This document shows, in pieces, positions 31,073-42,323 of a DNA stretch of 64,000 bases. A program made the translations under genes and the position numbers. The notes beneath the pieces were generated by a model, which worked only from the letters and a program-made list of their open reading frames with translations, was not told where the DNA came from and ran no database searches. Position 1 is the first letter of the stretch. Every line of letters begins with the position of its first letter. The stretch comes from Candidatus Latescibacterota bacterium (lineage in GTDB: Bacteria; Latescibacterota; UBA2968; SICM01), in NCBI GenBank assembly GCA_965217865.1, contig CBDCJO010000002.1, positions 640,001 to 704,000 of the forward strand, read 5' to 3'.

Positions 31073-31114
31073 CTTAACGATGTTAAGCATACCACACGTT
31101 TCGCCTTTTGTCAA
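31073..31114 (-). promoter_or_regulatory. sigma70 promoter overlapping putative TetR operator 1
   Basis: TTGACA-N17-TATGCT, and the palindrome CTTAAC-GAT-GTTAAG at 31073-31087. Confidence 0.7.
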
Positions 31115-31291
31115 GAGTATTTTTCATTTCTGGGTCATGTTCTTCTAATCCTGCTATGTTGTGTTACATCAGTATTTTTTCTAAATCAATTATCACTACA
31201 TAATTAGGCTCATGCGTGCTACGCTTTGTAAAATAACTCACTTCACGCTCATCCCTTGAACCCTGCGTCTTTGTGCGCCCCGTCGAAAGAA

Positions 31292-31696
31292 TCACCCTGA
31301 AGATCCGACCGTGGGCGTCCACCGCCCCTCGACTCGATAAGCTTCTTCTTCGCCCGGCCACGGCGGCATCGTGACGCCGACCGCTGCAAGCGGCTCGTTT
31401 TCCAAGCACCGAAACTGGAAATGCGTCCCCACCGGAATCGTGATGCAGACACCCGGATCCACGCTCACGATCTCTTCCCGTTCATCCTGCTTACGCCACA
31501 TCTCCCCATGCCCTTTCAGGAAGAACCAGATCTCTTCCACCGTCCGATGGGCGACCGCAGCCGATGTACGGTCGGGCCCGAGCTCGAAATGGGCGAGGCT
31601 GCCGCCGTCGAGCTGAAGCAGGATACGGACGTCCGATCCATCCAGCGCAACCACATCCCGTTCTACGGGAAGGCGTTTGGTGTCAAATTCATCCAC
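31292..31696 (-). CDS. Cupin-domain protein
   Basis: HRTVEEIWFFLKG, IPVGTHFQFR. Confidence 0.85.
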   Translation of the reverse strand: MDEFDTKRLPVERDVVALDGSDVRILLQLDGGSLAHFELGPDRTSAAVAHRTVEEIWFFLKGHGEMWRKQDEREEIVSVDPGVCITIPVGTHFQFRCLENEPLAAVGVTMPPWPGEEEAYRVEGRWTPTVGSSG

Positions 31697-31754
31697 CCGT
31701 CGATTCCTTTCTCTGCTTGGGCCGAATCAAATCGATATGGGGGGACCGGAAACA

Positions 31755-31797
31755 GAAAAGGCCTGTAGATCCTGTTGAGGCGGCTACAGGCCTTTTC
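31755..31797. terminator. Hairpin terminator downstream of the peroxiredoxin
   Basis: gaaaaggcctgtag...ctacaggccttttc inverted repeat. Confidence 0.65.
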
Positions 31798-31845
31798 GTT
31801 TTTGGTTAAGATTCCTTTGCCGCGTCTCCCGACGACGCAACTTGG

Positions 31846-32505
<660 letters not shown>

Positions 32506-32959
32506 GGGGAGCCTCCTAAATTGATTACTAGTGGGGAGTTTTTCAAGCCCGGCAAACTGAATAGAAATAATACAAATTTGGGGGAAGCGCAAGGAAAATA
32601 GTCGTCCCTCTGACCCCCGACCTCCGGCCTCCGATCCCAGCTTTTCCTCTTCTTACCACTGCCACCTGCTACTTCCCTTTGCCTTCTCTTGTCTGACGAC
32701 TGAATTGAATTCATGTTTTCTTCTGGTGGGGGATGGGCGGAGGGGTCAATCTTCAATATTCGATCTTCAATCTCCTCCGACCTCGGCCTTTGCCTTTCCT
32801 GCCACTGCTACTGCTACTGAAATCTGCCGTCTCACGGGTTATTCAATCTTCAATCTTCCCTGTCCCTCCTTGACTTCCCCATGGCTTTGTTTATCTTGAT
32901 TGTCCTTTGAAAGCTTTCACCATCTCCGGACAACGACCCACAACAGGACGAATATAGCA

Positions 32960-34339
32960 GTGCAGCCCAAATTGACACAGGGAACGGTTGCCCGCACCCT
33001 GGTGGTCCTCTCGGTTCCGATGCTCGGCGGCATTTTTTCAGCCGTCTCTTTCAACCTCGCCGACACCTACTTCGTCTCCCGGCTGGGCACCAGAGAACTT
33101 GCGGCCATGAGCTTCACCTTCCCCGTGGTCATGGTCCTTATGGGGATCGCCTGGGGATTGGGCACCGGGACCACCTCCGTGGTCGCACGATCGATCGGAC
33201 GCGGTGACCAATCGACCCTTCGAAGATTATCTTCGGACAGCCTAACCCTCTCCTTCGGGGTCGTGTTCTTCTTCGCTGGGATCGGGATGCTTACCATCTC
33301 ACCTCTGTTCACCCTCCTGGGGGCCTCCCCCGATATCTTGCCTCTTATCCGGGATTACATGATGATCTGGTATCCGGGGATCGTATTCCTGGTGATACCT
33401 ATGGTGGCCAATGCCTCGATTCGCGCCACCGGAGATACCAAATTCCCTGCGCTTATCATGATCGCTGCCACCGGGACCAACTTCATACTCGACCCGTTGT
33501 TCATCTTCGGGTGGTTCGGGTTTCCACGGATGGAGCTCAAAGGCGCTGCCGTGGCGACGGTTATCGCCCGCGGCGGAACGATGGTCGCCTCGTTGTTGAT
33601 CCTTCACTTTCGGGACCGGATGCTGGACTTTTCGCCCCCGGATCTGAAAGCCGTCTGGCGTTCGTGGAAAACGATTGCCCACATCGCCGTGCCGGCTTCC
33701 GCGACCAATATCATGACCCCCCTCGCAGTCGGGGCGATCACGCGTATGGTTGCGGGATACGGTCCCGAAGCCGTGGCGGCCTGGGGGGCGGGTTCCCGCA
33801 TCACGATGTTTACGTTGGTTCCGGTGTTCGCGCTCTGTTCCGGGCTGGTTCCGTTTATCGGGCAGAACTGGGGGGCGGAGCGATTCGATCGGGTTGCCCT
33901 GGGAAGGAAATACGGCTACGTGTTCGCGGCCTTCTGGGGTGTCTTGTCCCTGGTGGTTTTGCACCTGGCGGCAGAACCGATTGCACGGCTTTTCAGCCAC
34001 GAAGCGGAGGTGGTTCGCGAGATCGTGCGCTACCTGTGGATTATGCCGATCGGTTATGCCGCACTGGGTATTCTGAGCGTAATCGAAGAAACCTTGAACG
34101 CCATCGGTAAACCCGTGATCGCGTCTGTGCAGACGCTGGTGTATACGTTCGGGTTCTACCTTCCCCTCGGAGCCCTGGGATCGAACCTGCACGCGTTGAC
34201 CGGATTGCTTTCAGGGTTGGCCGCTGCGGATCTACTGGGAGGGTTGGTGGGAATGGTGCTCGTTCGCTGGATTTGTCTTAAGGGTGAGCGGATTTGTCGG
34301 ATCCGGAATGCCGAATCATCCACAATCCCTGCTGGCTGA
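32960..34339 (+). CDS. MATE efflux transporter
   Basis: LADTYFVSRLG, RATGDTKFP, NFILDPLFIFG, GAAVAT, GQNWGA. Confidence 0.92.
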   Translation: MQPKLTQGTVARTLVVLSVPMLGGIFSAVSFNLADTYFVSRLGTRELAAMSFTFPVVMVLMGIAWGLGTGTTSVVARSIGRGDQSTLRRLSSDSLTLSFGVVFFFAGIGMLTISPLFTLLGASPDILPLIRDYMMIWYPGIVFLVIPMVANASIRATGDTKFPALIMIAATGTNFILDPLFIFGWFGFPRMELKGAAVATVIARGGTMVASLLILHFRDRMLDFSPPDLKAVWRSWKTIAHIAVPASATNIMTPLAVGAITRMVAGYGPEAVAAWGAGSRITMFTLVPVFALCSGLVPFIGQNWGAERFDRVALGRKYGYVFAAFWGVLSLVVLHLAAEPIARLFSHEAEVVREIVRYLWIMPIGYAALGILSVIEETLNAIGKPVIASVQTLVYTFGFYLPLGALGSNLHALTGLLSGLAAADLLGGLVGMVLVRWICLKGERICRIRNAESSTIPAG

Positions 34340-34508
34340 GGTCCGTTGGGGACAGGGTGAAAATTGCATTATGCATCGTCAATCGACGATCTTCCGTCTC
34401 ACGACTGACGTTCTTTCAATATTCAATATTCGATCTTCAATTTCTCCTGACTTCCGGTCCCTGTCTTTTCTATTCCTGCCACTGCCCCCTGACCTCCGAC
34501 TACCGACT

Positions 34509-35378
34509 CTAATACATCTCCTTCGCATTTTTCGGCAATCGCCTGACGTGCTTCAGGTGATTCGTCACCCGAAAGTCATCCCCCTCAGGATATTCAAATC
34601 CATAAACATCCGCAACGTGTTTGGCAACCGTTCGAAAGAGGTCTCCCATTGTAAACAGGGATTCCCATATGCTTTCGAAATTCGAGTCGGAATAGGTATT
34701 TTCCAGCTTCGTCCAGAGAGACGGCTCGATATCAATCTTGATATATTTTCCCTCCTTGCCGGGCGATTTTTCGAATCCGGTTCTGATCCCGAAATACCAT
34801 CCCATCATCTTCATGAGGGAGGGTCTGATCCACAAGTCTATCATGGACTTCGCATATGTCAGCTCTTCCCTCCAGATCCCCTTTGCCGCATAGGGACAGA
34901 CCCACCAGAACTCATTACAGCAATCATCGAATGCCTTGGCAGTCGGTTCCTTTTGCAGGTAGTCCCTGTCGCTCGCCGGCGATATCTCGCCGATAATATT
35001 GTCTTTATCGACAAGAACAACAGTAAGGGAGTGTTTAATCGCATCCCGGATGGAATCCAATGGTGCAAAACCAATATCGATCCGGTTTCCATCCATAAAC
35101 TGCATAAGATATCCGTAATGTCCGTCATTTTTGGGTGGCGGATCTTCCATGTCCTCGGGCGTCTGGATAATCATAAGTTCACCGAATTGTTTTAAAAAAT
35201 CCCGGTCCCTCACATAGGGATCCACACAATTCACGAAGCACGCGATATCATAATCCTGGAAAAAATCCCTCTTTACGTTCGGGTTGGCACGGGACCCGAT
35301 CATGACCGCCACCCGGATGTTATCATCCCCAGTAACGAAATTCAAAATCAGATCCATCATCTCTTTTTCGCTTCTCAT
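34509..35378 (-). CDS. aadK: Aminoglycoside 6-adenylyltransferase family (AadK/ANT(6))
   Basis: MRSEKEMMDLI, GSRANP..DFFQDYDI, NRID, CCNEFWW..PY.AKGIWR. Confidence 0.9.
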   Translation of the reverse strand: MRSEKEMMDLILNFVTGDDNIRVAVMIGSRANPNVKRDFFQDYDIACFVNCVDPYVRDRDFLKQFGELMIIQTPEDMEDPPPKNDGHYGYLMQFMDGNRIDIGFAPLDSIRDAIKHSLTVVLVDKDNIIGEISPASDRDYLQKEPTAKAFDDCCNEFWWVCPYAAKGIWREELTYAKSMIDLWIRPSLMKMMGWYFGIRTGFEKSPGKEGKYIKIDIEPSLWTKLENTYSDSNFESIWESLFTMGDLFRTVAKHVADVYGFEYPEGDDFRVTNHLKHVRRLPKNAKEMY

Positions 35379-35429
35379 CCCGTTCATCCATAAAATATTG
35401 GAATTAGCTGGAATCAATACACCTCCGGG

Positions 35430-36236
35430 CTACACCGTCCGCCTTGCCAGCATGTATCCGAACATCGCCGTCTCCGGATATCGGCCGCCCGCGTATTCCA
35501 GCAGCGTGCGCCTCAAATCGGCTTCGAAGCCCTCCGCCCGGTCCCCCAGAACCCGCTTCGATACCCCTGAAGTCGAATACAGGTACCCGACGAAATCGTC
35601 CAGCGTCCATACGTGCGGCGTGGGAAACTCGTACGAGGCGACATCTTCGAAACCCGCCGATTGCAGGACCTCCTCAAAATCCGGATCCTTCTGAGCGCTC
35701 GGAATGTTCGTTACAACGCGTGGCTCTCTGCCGGTCCACCTGCGGACCACCTCAGACGCCAGGGACTGCCATTTCACCTGGCCCCTTCCATAGTTGACGT
35801 ACCACAAGATGGCCAGGCCGCCCCCCGGCTGCAGCCACTCCAGACCACGCCGTGCGATCAGATCCTGATCCAGCCGATGGAAAGCTTCTCCGATCGTGAT
35901 CAGCTCGAACGCGCCCGGCGGCGCCTCCAGGTCTTCCGCCCGGGTGACCATCCAGGTCAGATTCGTGGCCCCGCTTGTCACGGCCTTCTCCCGGCCGACC
36001 TGGATCATCTCCGGCTCCGGATCGATTGCCCAGACCTCCCGGAAGAAGGGCGCCATGGCAATCGCCACCCGTCCCGGTCCGCATCCGAGATCCAGCAGCC
36101 TGCCATTTCCGGTAACCCCAGCCCGGTTCCGCAGATCGTCAATGAGCGACTCCGGGTACGGCAGTCGATACCGGGCGTAATATTCCGCCGTGCCGGCAAA
36201 GGCGTCAACTGGGAAATTCGGGATCCTTGATGTCAT
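35430..36236 (-). CDS. Class I SAM methyltransferase
   Basis: YARYRLPYP, LLDLGCGPG, IGEAFH. Confidence 0.88.
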   Translation of the reverse strand: MTSRIPNFPVDAFAGTAEYYARYRLPYPESLIDDLRNRAGVTGNGRLLDLGCGPGRVAIAMAPFFREVWAIDPEPEMIQVGREKAVTSGATNLTWMVTRAEDLEAPPGAFELITIGEAFHRLDQDLIARRGLEWLQPGGGLAILWYVNYGRGQVKWQSLASEVVRRWTGREPRVVTNIPSAQKDPDFEEVLQSAGFEDVASYEFPTPHVWTLDDFVGYLYSTSGVSKRVLGDRAEGFEADLRRTLLEYAGGRYPETAMFGYMLARRTV

Positions 36237-36364
36237 ACCACACAGATCCTAGAACTCTGCACCGCTTGCTTATAAGCGCATCGACCTCTTCTTCGAGACA
36301 TCATAATCCATTGCTTCTCACGTTTCACGTTTCACGGATTCTTTTACACTTCACGTTTTCCTAT

Positions 36365-37689
36365 GGGAATTATATATTATTTTACCCTTGACATGCCGCC
36401 TGAAATTGCTTATATTTATATGTAAATAAAGGAGGTTATGTTATGGGAAAAGGGCCTGGAAAGTATTACAGGAAGGGGATTTCGTTATTGGACCTGACAA
36501 AACGTTTTCCGAACGACGGCATGGCGGAAGATTGGTTCGTTCGAATCCGTTGGCCTAATGGTGTTCGATGTCCGGCATGCAAGTCCAGCGACGTTCAATC
36601 ACGTCCAAAAAGAAAGCCTCAACCTTACCGATGCCGGAAATGCCGCAAGGATTTCTCCATGAAAACGGGAACGTTGATGCAAGGATCAAATCTCGGGTAT
36701 CAGAAATGGGCCATAGAAATTTATCTTTTTGCAACTGGAATGAAGGGTACGTCAAGCATGAAGTTGCATCGGGATCTCGGAATAACACAGAAAAGCGCAT
36801 GGTACCTGGCTGTTTTCGTTCCGGCGCTTATCATCAACAGAACCGTTCCTGCGACAAGCATAAGCCATCCCCATTCAAGATTGATAAACAACCAGATGAA
36901 AAGACCGATTGATGTTCCACTAGTTATCCATAATGTAACCAGAAAGATTGAAATAACAGCCAGGATTAGGACGACACCCCATCTTCTTCACCATTAATCG
37001 ATCCAAGCAATTCAAGTAAATGTTGTTTCGACATTCTCATATTTCTCCCCTCCGCATGACCAATGAACTCATTCAAAATAAGGAGATTGCGTGAACAAAA
37101 TCGAAAATAAAGGAAACATCGGTCGAGGAAAGACTAAAACTGGACGAAAACTAACACCTAAAAACCTCGCCCATGCCATTATCAATACTCCACCCCCAAA
37201 AAAGCGACAGCGTTCATGACAGTTTGGGGGGTAAAGAGGCAGTAGGGCCTTGTGATGGAAATATCTCAAGCTCCAGGTGCTCGAAGAAAAACTTGGATTG
37301 CCAATAGATAAAGTATGGCAACAGAATACCAAACGTGCAAATCGTGAGAACTATCAACCCTAATGACATGCAGAAGAATTCTCCAAAACTCCCCTTGAAT
37401 ACAACTCGACCAATGGAGTGCATACTGGCATCCCTCCCTGTGGGGGTGACGTGACCTCCTTTGACACCCTAAGATGGGGATGCCGGGCCATGTCACCATC
37501 ACGCAAGAGAAATGCGGGAAAGTTCTACCTATTCGCCTGGATACGGGGAATGACCCCATACCGGGTAAAAAACGGCTATTGTATTCAGCAGAGGACCCGA
37601 CATGGCGGGCTCTTGCATATATGATGGTGACAAGGGTAAGATACTACAATGGATATGCGCTGCCAAGGGTAAAATAATATATAATTCCC
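36365..37689 (+). mobile_element. Non-autonomous IS1595-family element, copy B
   Basis: Direct repeat of 14503-15827 (offset 21862) with identical ORF translations. Confidence 0.93.
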
Positions 37690-38184
37690 TTAAGATTCTT
37701 GGTTATCTTTCAAACCAGGAGCGGAGTGTGGAGGAGCTGGCGATTCTGCTCGAATTGAAGGAGCCGACGGTGTCCCACCATCTGAACCGGCTGAAGGAGC
37801 TGGGTCTGGTCCGGATGCGTGCGGACGGGAACACGCATTTCTACAGGTTGGATGGCGGGGCTTTGAGAAGTATGAACCGGGAGGTCTTCACGCCCGAGAA
37901 GATGGCGTCTCTGGTCGATGATCGGGGAGCTGAAACCTGGGAGGAGAAGGTGCTCGGGAGCTTCGTCGAAGGGAAGCATCTGAAGCAGATTCCTGCGAGC
38001 CGGAAAAAGCGGGGGGTTATTCTCAAGTGGCTGGTGGGCAAGTTTGAGGAAGGGGTCGAGTATCCCGAGCGGGAGGTGAATGAGAGGCTCAAACAGTAAT
38101 CATCCGGATTGTGCGACGCTGAGACGGGAGTTTATTGCGGAGAGGTTGATGGAGAGGGAGAAGGGGATGTACAGGAGAGCGTAA
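37690..38184 (+). pseudogene. ArsR-DUF2087 regulator, 3' part
   Basis: LGYLSNQERSVEELA...PTVSHHL, LKQIPASRKKR. A +1 insertion (TAAT CAT) precedes HPDCATLRREFI. Confidence 0.88.
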
Positions 38185-38433
38185 GTTGGGGGAGGTCGAA
38201 AGAGGAAACCTAAAAAATGGATTCGTGCCTGGGTTCGCAGGTGTCGTAGTTATACGGCATTGGCAAGTCACCGGACCTCTAAACCCCAGTCAGGAAACCG
38301 TTCAAGGCGGGCAGAAAATCAAACAAATTTCTACACACCATAAGGAATGGGAAGGATTGGCGATTCGATCCGATGTATGTTATCTTTTTAAAAGTGACTA
38401 AAGTTGGGGAGATTTCATGAGGCGCACCGGGAG

Positions 38434-38740
38434 ATGATCGAAGACATTCGACGGAAAGTTGCAGAAAATCGATTTGAGTTTTCACAACACGCTGTTGATG
38501 CCAGTATTTTACGTCATATTCTCAGTCACGGAGATTCGAGAGGCTGTTGCAACGGGTGAAGTGATAGAAGATTTCCCACAAGATAAATATGTTCCAAGTT
38601 GTCTGATTTTGGGGAGCACACAATCAGGTCGTCCACTCCATATTCAATGTACACATCCAAGCCGAGATCCGATCAAAGTGATTACCGTTTACGAACCGGA
38701 TCCGGGCTTGTGGATTGATTTTCGAGTCAGGAGCGAGTGA
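38434..38740 (+). pseudogene. DUF4258 toxin, frameshifted
   Basis: MIEDIRRKVAENRFEFSQHAVD / EVIEDFPQDKY.PSCLILG...RPLHI...ITVYEPDP. Confidence 0.78.
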
Positions 38741-38970
38741 TGAAATGTGATATTTGTGGCGGTCCAATGGTAGAGCAGGAAGTAACATATCGAATCGAAC
38801 TGGACGAGAAACTTATTGTTGTGGAGAATGTTCCAGCGAAAGTCTGCGTTCAGTGTGGCGAGAGGTTGTATTCTGCGATGACCGTGGAACGACTTCAGCA
38901 GACAGTGTGGGAAAAGAAGACTCCTTCGAAGGTTCTGGAGACGCCGGTTTTCGACTTTTCAGAAGCCTGA
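38737..38970 (+). CDS. YgiT/MqsA-type zinc-finger protein (antitoxin)
   Basis: MKCDICGG...VENVPAKVCVQCGE. Confidence 0.88.
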   Translation: MMKCDICGGPMVEQEVTYRIELDEKLIVVENVPAKVCVQCGERLYSAMTVERLQQTVWEKKTPSKVLETPVFDFSEA

Positions 38971-39116
38971 AAATGTTGGGATGGAAATAGTCACGCTTTG
39001 AGCATTGCCGGCCTTTTATCTGTGCGGATTTAAAATCCAGAGACATTGACCTGCTGATGTATCAAATATTAATTAAGCGATATAAAAGCAATTGGATATT
39101 TTCAGAATGTCTATGC

Positions 39117-39146
39117 CCTTGCTTTGTCGTCTCAGCAAAGCAAGGG
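39117..39146. terminator. Hairpin downstream of the sigma-PheRS gene
   Basis: cccttgctttg...caaagcaaggg. Confidence 0.5.
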
Positions 39147-39220
39147 GGGTGATTGCAGGGCCTGCACCATAGCGCCTTCCAATTCAGCGCGCGTACGCTG
39201 AAGAAGATGACCGCTCCCCT

Positions 39221-40471
39221 TCAGCTCTCCGGCACGTATGGCGATTTCCAAAGTTGATGAATATCATCGATGCCCAGCTTGATCATAGCGATCCGCTCTA
39301 TTCCCAGCCCGAAAGCAAACCCGCTGACCCTATTTACATCGTAACCCGCCTGGCGTAACATTTCTTCTTTCAGGAACCCGCATCCGCCAAGTTCAATCCA
39401 TTTTTCATTCCGTCTGATATCGAATTCAATACCGGCATCGACGAATTTGAAATCGTGATTGCGCCAACGGATCTCGACTTCTCCGAACACCGCAATAAGT
39501 GCTTGTCGGACGGTTGATTTCAGGGCCCGAAGATCAGCGGTTTGGTCGATGCAAATCCCATCGACTTGATGGAAGACTTTGGAATGACGTCGATCTTCCT
39601 GATCCGGTCGAAAAACTCTTCCGGCCGCGAGCAGACGCACGGGTGGTTTCCGCCCCTTTATCGCCTGAAATGTCGTGTGGGTCGTATGGGTCCGGAGAAT
39701 TTCATTGTCGCTTACGTGATAAGCCATTTCGGTGACGGCTATATCCTCCTCCACCGATCTATTTACGATTTCCTCACCGCCGATGATTTCATACGTAGAC
39801 AGGGCGGTCCGGATCTGTTCCCAGATCGTTCTGACCGGATGTCCTTCGATCTCCATCGGTTTTGGCCGATTCAGCAGCTCCCCCACAACTTTCTCGCTGA
39901 AATGTTCATCAGGCGAATGATCCTTCAGGGATTCGCTGACCATTTCGATCATCCTTTCTTTTAATCTCTTTCTGGAGTCGTGCAGCCGCTTTTTGACGGT
40001 GGTCACGGGCATCTCCAGAAAATCGCTGATTTCTTTTTGAGAGTATCCATCGATGTAGTACATGGCTGTCACGGTCCTTTCGTGTTCTGCGAGGGTCCGA
40101 AGGGCCTGGAGCACTTTTTCCTTCATTTCTTTCGCTTCCATTACTTCATCGGGCCGAGGCTCAGATGAGGTTATCTCAGTCGTGTCTTCAAGCGAAATTG
40201 TTGGCATTGGCCTGTCTCGTGTTAACCGGTCGCAATGCTTGAAGACTATCTTTCGGAACCATCCCGGGAAAGCAGCGGGATTTTGAAGCTTCGAAAGTTT
40301 CAAGAAGGCTTCGATGAATGCCTCCTGTGCGGCGTCTTCGGCTAGCTGAAAGTCGTTGAGGAGCGAGTAGCAATAGCCCACGGCCATATCCTGGAAGCGT
40401 CGAACGATCGTTCCATAGGCGTTCAGGTCGCCGGCCCTGGTACGAAGGATTAAAGATTGGAGTTCTTCCAC
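39221..40471 (-). CDS. ECF sigma factor fused to a PheRS-alpha-like (class IIc aaRS) catalytic domain
   Basis: Sigma2 (AEDAAQEAFIEAF...AFPGWF) and sigma4 (YIDGYSQKEISDFLEMPVTTVKKRLHDSRKRL), then GHPV, LRTHTT, GRVFRPD..D..HSKVFHQVDG, WIELGGCG, GFAFGLGIERIAMIKLGIDDI. GTG start with GAGG RBS. Confidence 0.92.
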   Translation of the reverse strand: MEELQSLILRTRAGDLNAYGTIVRRFQDMAVGYCYSLLNDFQLAEDAAQEAFIEAFLKLSKLQNPAAFPGWFRKIVFKHCDRLTRDRPMPTISLEDTTEITSSEPRPDEVMEAKEMKEKVLQALRTLAEHERTVTAMYYIDGYSQKEISDFLEMPVTTVKKRLHDSRKRLKERMIEMVSESLKDHSPDEHFSEKVVGELLNRPKPMEIEGHPVRTIWEQIRTALSTYEIIGGEEIVNRSVEEDIAVTEMAYHVSDNEILRTHTTHTTFQAIKGRKPPVRLLAAGRVFRPDQEDRRHSKVFHQVDGICIDQTADLRALKSTVRQALIAVFGEVEIRWRNHDFKFVDAGIEFDIRRNEKWIELGGCGFLKEEMLRQAGYDVNRVSGFAFGLGIERIAMIKLGIDDIHQLWKSPYVPES

Positions 40472-40506
40472 TTTTCCTCGTTTCTGAGAAGGCCTTCTAT
40501 AAGTAA

Positions 40507-40533
40507 AGACCCGATTCCTCTTGAGAAGGTTAC
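40507..40533 (-). promoter_or_regulatory. Candidate ECF-type promoter upstream of the sigma fusion
   Basis: GTAAC-N17-GGTCT about 35 nt upstream of the GTG. Confidence 0.5.
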
Positions 40534-40609
40534 TGAAGTCCTGCAAGAACTTCAATACTATTCATGAAATCCAGCTGCGATTTCCTGTGGCCACATTTAG
40601 CCTCTAGAA

Positions 40610-41071
40610 ATGGCTTTCATGATCAAACTGGTGATTTTCGATTATGGGAGGACGCTGTTTGACAGGGATAATGATGCCTTATTCCCGGATGCCGCGGATG
40701 TGGTCCGTGAGCTCTCAAAGCGATTCAGGCTTTGCATCGTATCATATTCCCCGGATGAAGAGGTCCCGGGCAGGATCGACGTGCTGAGAAAAAACGGGAT
40801 TTTGGATTGTTTCGAGGGGTTACACTTCGTCGATGATCCTGAGAGGAAGTTCGAGAAGTACGATGAGGTGCTTCGAACGCGCGGTCTTGAAGCACCCGAA
40901 GTGGCCGTGGTTGACGACTACGTCATCAGGGGGGTTGCGTGGGGGAATCAACGAGGAGCTACGACGATTTGGTTCAGGAGGGGGAAATTCGCGGATGTGT
41001 TACCGAATGAACAAACAGGAGAACCGACTTTCACCATCAAAGCACTGAGTGATCTACTTCATTTGCTGTGA
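40610..41071 (+). CDS. HAD-family hydrolase
   Basis: VIFDYGRTL, VAVVDD...GV.WGN..G.TTIW. Confidence 0.82.
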   Translation: MAFMIKLVIFDYGRTLFDRDNDALFPDAADVVRELSKRFRLCIVSYSPDEEVPGRIDVLRKNGILDCFEGLHFVDDPERKFEKYDEVLRTRGLEAPEVAVVDDYVIRGVAWGNQRGATTIWFRRGKFADVLPNEQTGEPTFTIKALSDLLHLL

Positions 41072-41189
41072 AAGGAAAGATGAGATCAGGTTATGTAATT
41101 TTATCCCTTGTTCCACCACAGCAAAATGTATATATTGATGTCTGACTGGCCTGAAAAAAAATGAGTTCTTGCAGGAACCGCCATTCCAG

Positions 41190-41391
41190 TCCTCGAGGCA
41201 CAACGCTTACGGATGAGTTGAAGCTCTTGGTTGATCCATTCGGTCTTGATATCGATGACATCGATATGGTTATGATGAATGCAATCAATTCCAGTTTTCT
41301 CGGTGACTTGGACAAAGATGAATTAATGATGAAGTTTCGCAGCGCAAGTGAGTCTATTAAGAGGGATCTAAGGCTATCGCCCAAGTTGTGA
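41190..41391 (+). pseudogene. Adenosine deaminase-like C-terminal fragment
   Basis: GTTLTDEL...FGL...NAINSSFL...K.EL. Confidence 0.5.
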
Positions 41392-41522
41392 GTCGCTATA
41401 ATCACGTTGAAGCAGATTCATCAACTTAAGAGCACACGTCATGGATGCGCTTGGTCAATACACTCGACTTCCGCTAACAACGAAGTAGCCGCTGGATTGA
41501 ATTTCTAAAAGGAGACCATCCA

Positions 41523-42299
41523 GTGCGGAAACGACCAACCAACTTCAATACCGAGTTGGCAAGGAAGCAATGGGACTATGCGGCTGAAGCGTTCGCCGAA
41601 TTGCAGGCATCAGGAAATGACTACTACCGAACGGGTTTCTTTGGTCCGGCGCAAATCGACCTGTGCGGCGATGTGTCGGGTTTGGCTGTTCTCGACATAG
41701 GATGCGGGGCCGGGTACTTTTCGCGTGAGCTGTCGAAACGAGGAGCAGTCGTAACGGCGATCGATCTGTCAGGTGAGATGATCAGGTTCGCCCAAAGCCA
41801 GTCCACAGACAATATTAGATATCAGGTTCTCGACGCAGCGGACATTGCGGGGTCGTTCGCGCCGGAATACTTTGATCTGGTTACTGCTTGTGTTTCCCTT
41901 CAGGACATGCCGGATCCATCAGCCGTGATGCGGAGCGTTCACACGGTATTGAAAAGTGGATCCAGATTCGTTTTTTGTAATACCCATCCGTGTACCGACC
42001 CACCATATCGTAAATGGGCTAAGGATGAAGAAGGGAGGAAAACAGCTCTGGAGATCGCTAAGTACTTTGATCGTGGACCGATCGAATTCGAATGGAAAAG
42101 GCCTCAGCAAAAGTATGGTTGGATCTCTACCGGTGTACATGCACCACTGTCGGACTGGATCAAGTGGACTACGGCTGCAGGATTTATGATCACACAGATC
42201 GAAGAGCCTATGCCTAATGTGGAAGCCGTATCACGGTGGCCGGAACTCGAAGACGCTCGGATTGTTCCTTACTTTATTATATTCGACGTTACAAAATAA
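41523..42299 (+). CDS. Class I SAM methyltransferase
   Basis: VLDIGCGAGY, FDLV, THPC. Confidence 0.88.
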   Translation: MRKRPTNFNTELARKQWDYAAEAFAELQASGNDYYRTGFFGPAQIDLCGDVSGLAVLDIGCGAGYFSRELSKRGAVVTAIDLSGEMIRFAQSQSTDNIRYQVLDAADIAGSFAPEYFDLVTACVSLQDMPDPSAVMRSVHTVLKSGSRFVFCNTHPCTDPPYRKWAKDEEGRKTALEIAKYFDRGPIEFEWKRPQQKYGWISTGVHAPLSDWIKWTTAAGFMITQIEEPMPNVEAVSRWPELEDARIVPYFIIFDVTK

Positions 42300-42323
42300 C
42301 AACGATGAGGCTTCGGCCGCGGT

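Noticed and set aside
37602-38099. Intact 165-aa regulator
   Set aside because: Its N-terminus is IS terminal sequence; the true 5' end is at 14431.
38097-38099. Recoded stop codons (also the TGA near 61214 and the TAG at 60640)
   Set aside because: These are ordinary lesions in already disrupted genes; intact genes here use TAA, TAG and TGA as normal stops.
39221-39860. Housekeeping pheS
   Set aside because: It is in frame with a sigma factor, lacks the N-terminal coiled coil, and has no pheT or rplT context.
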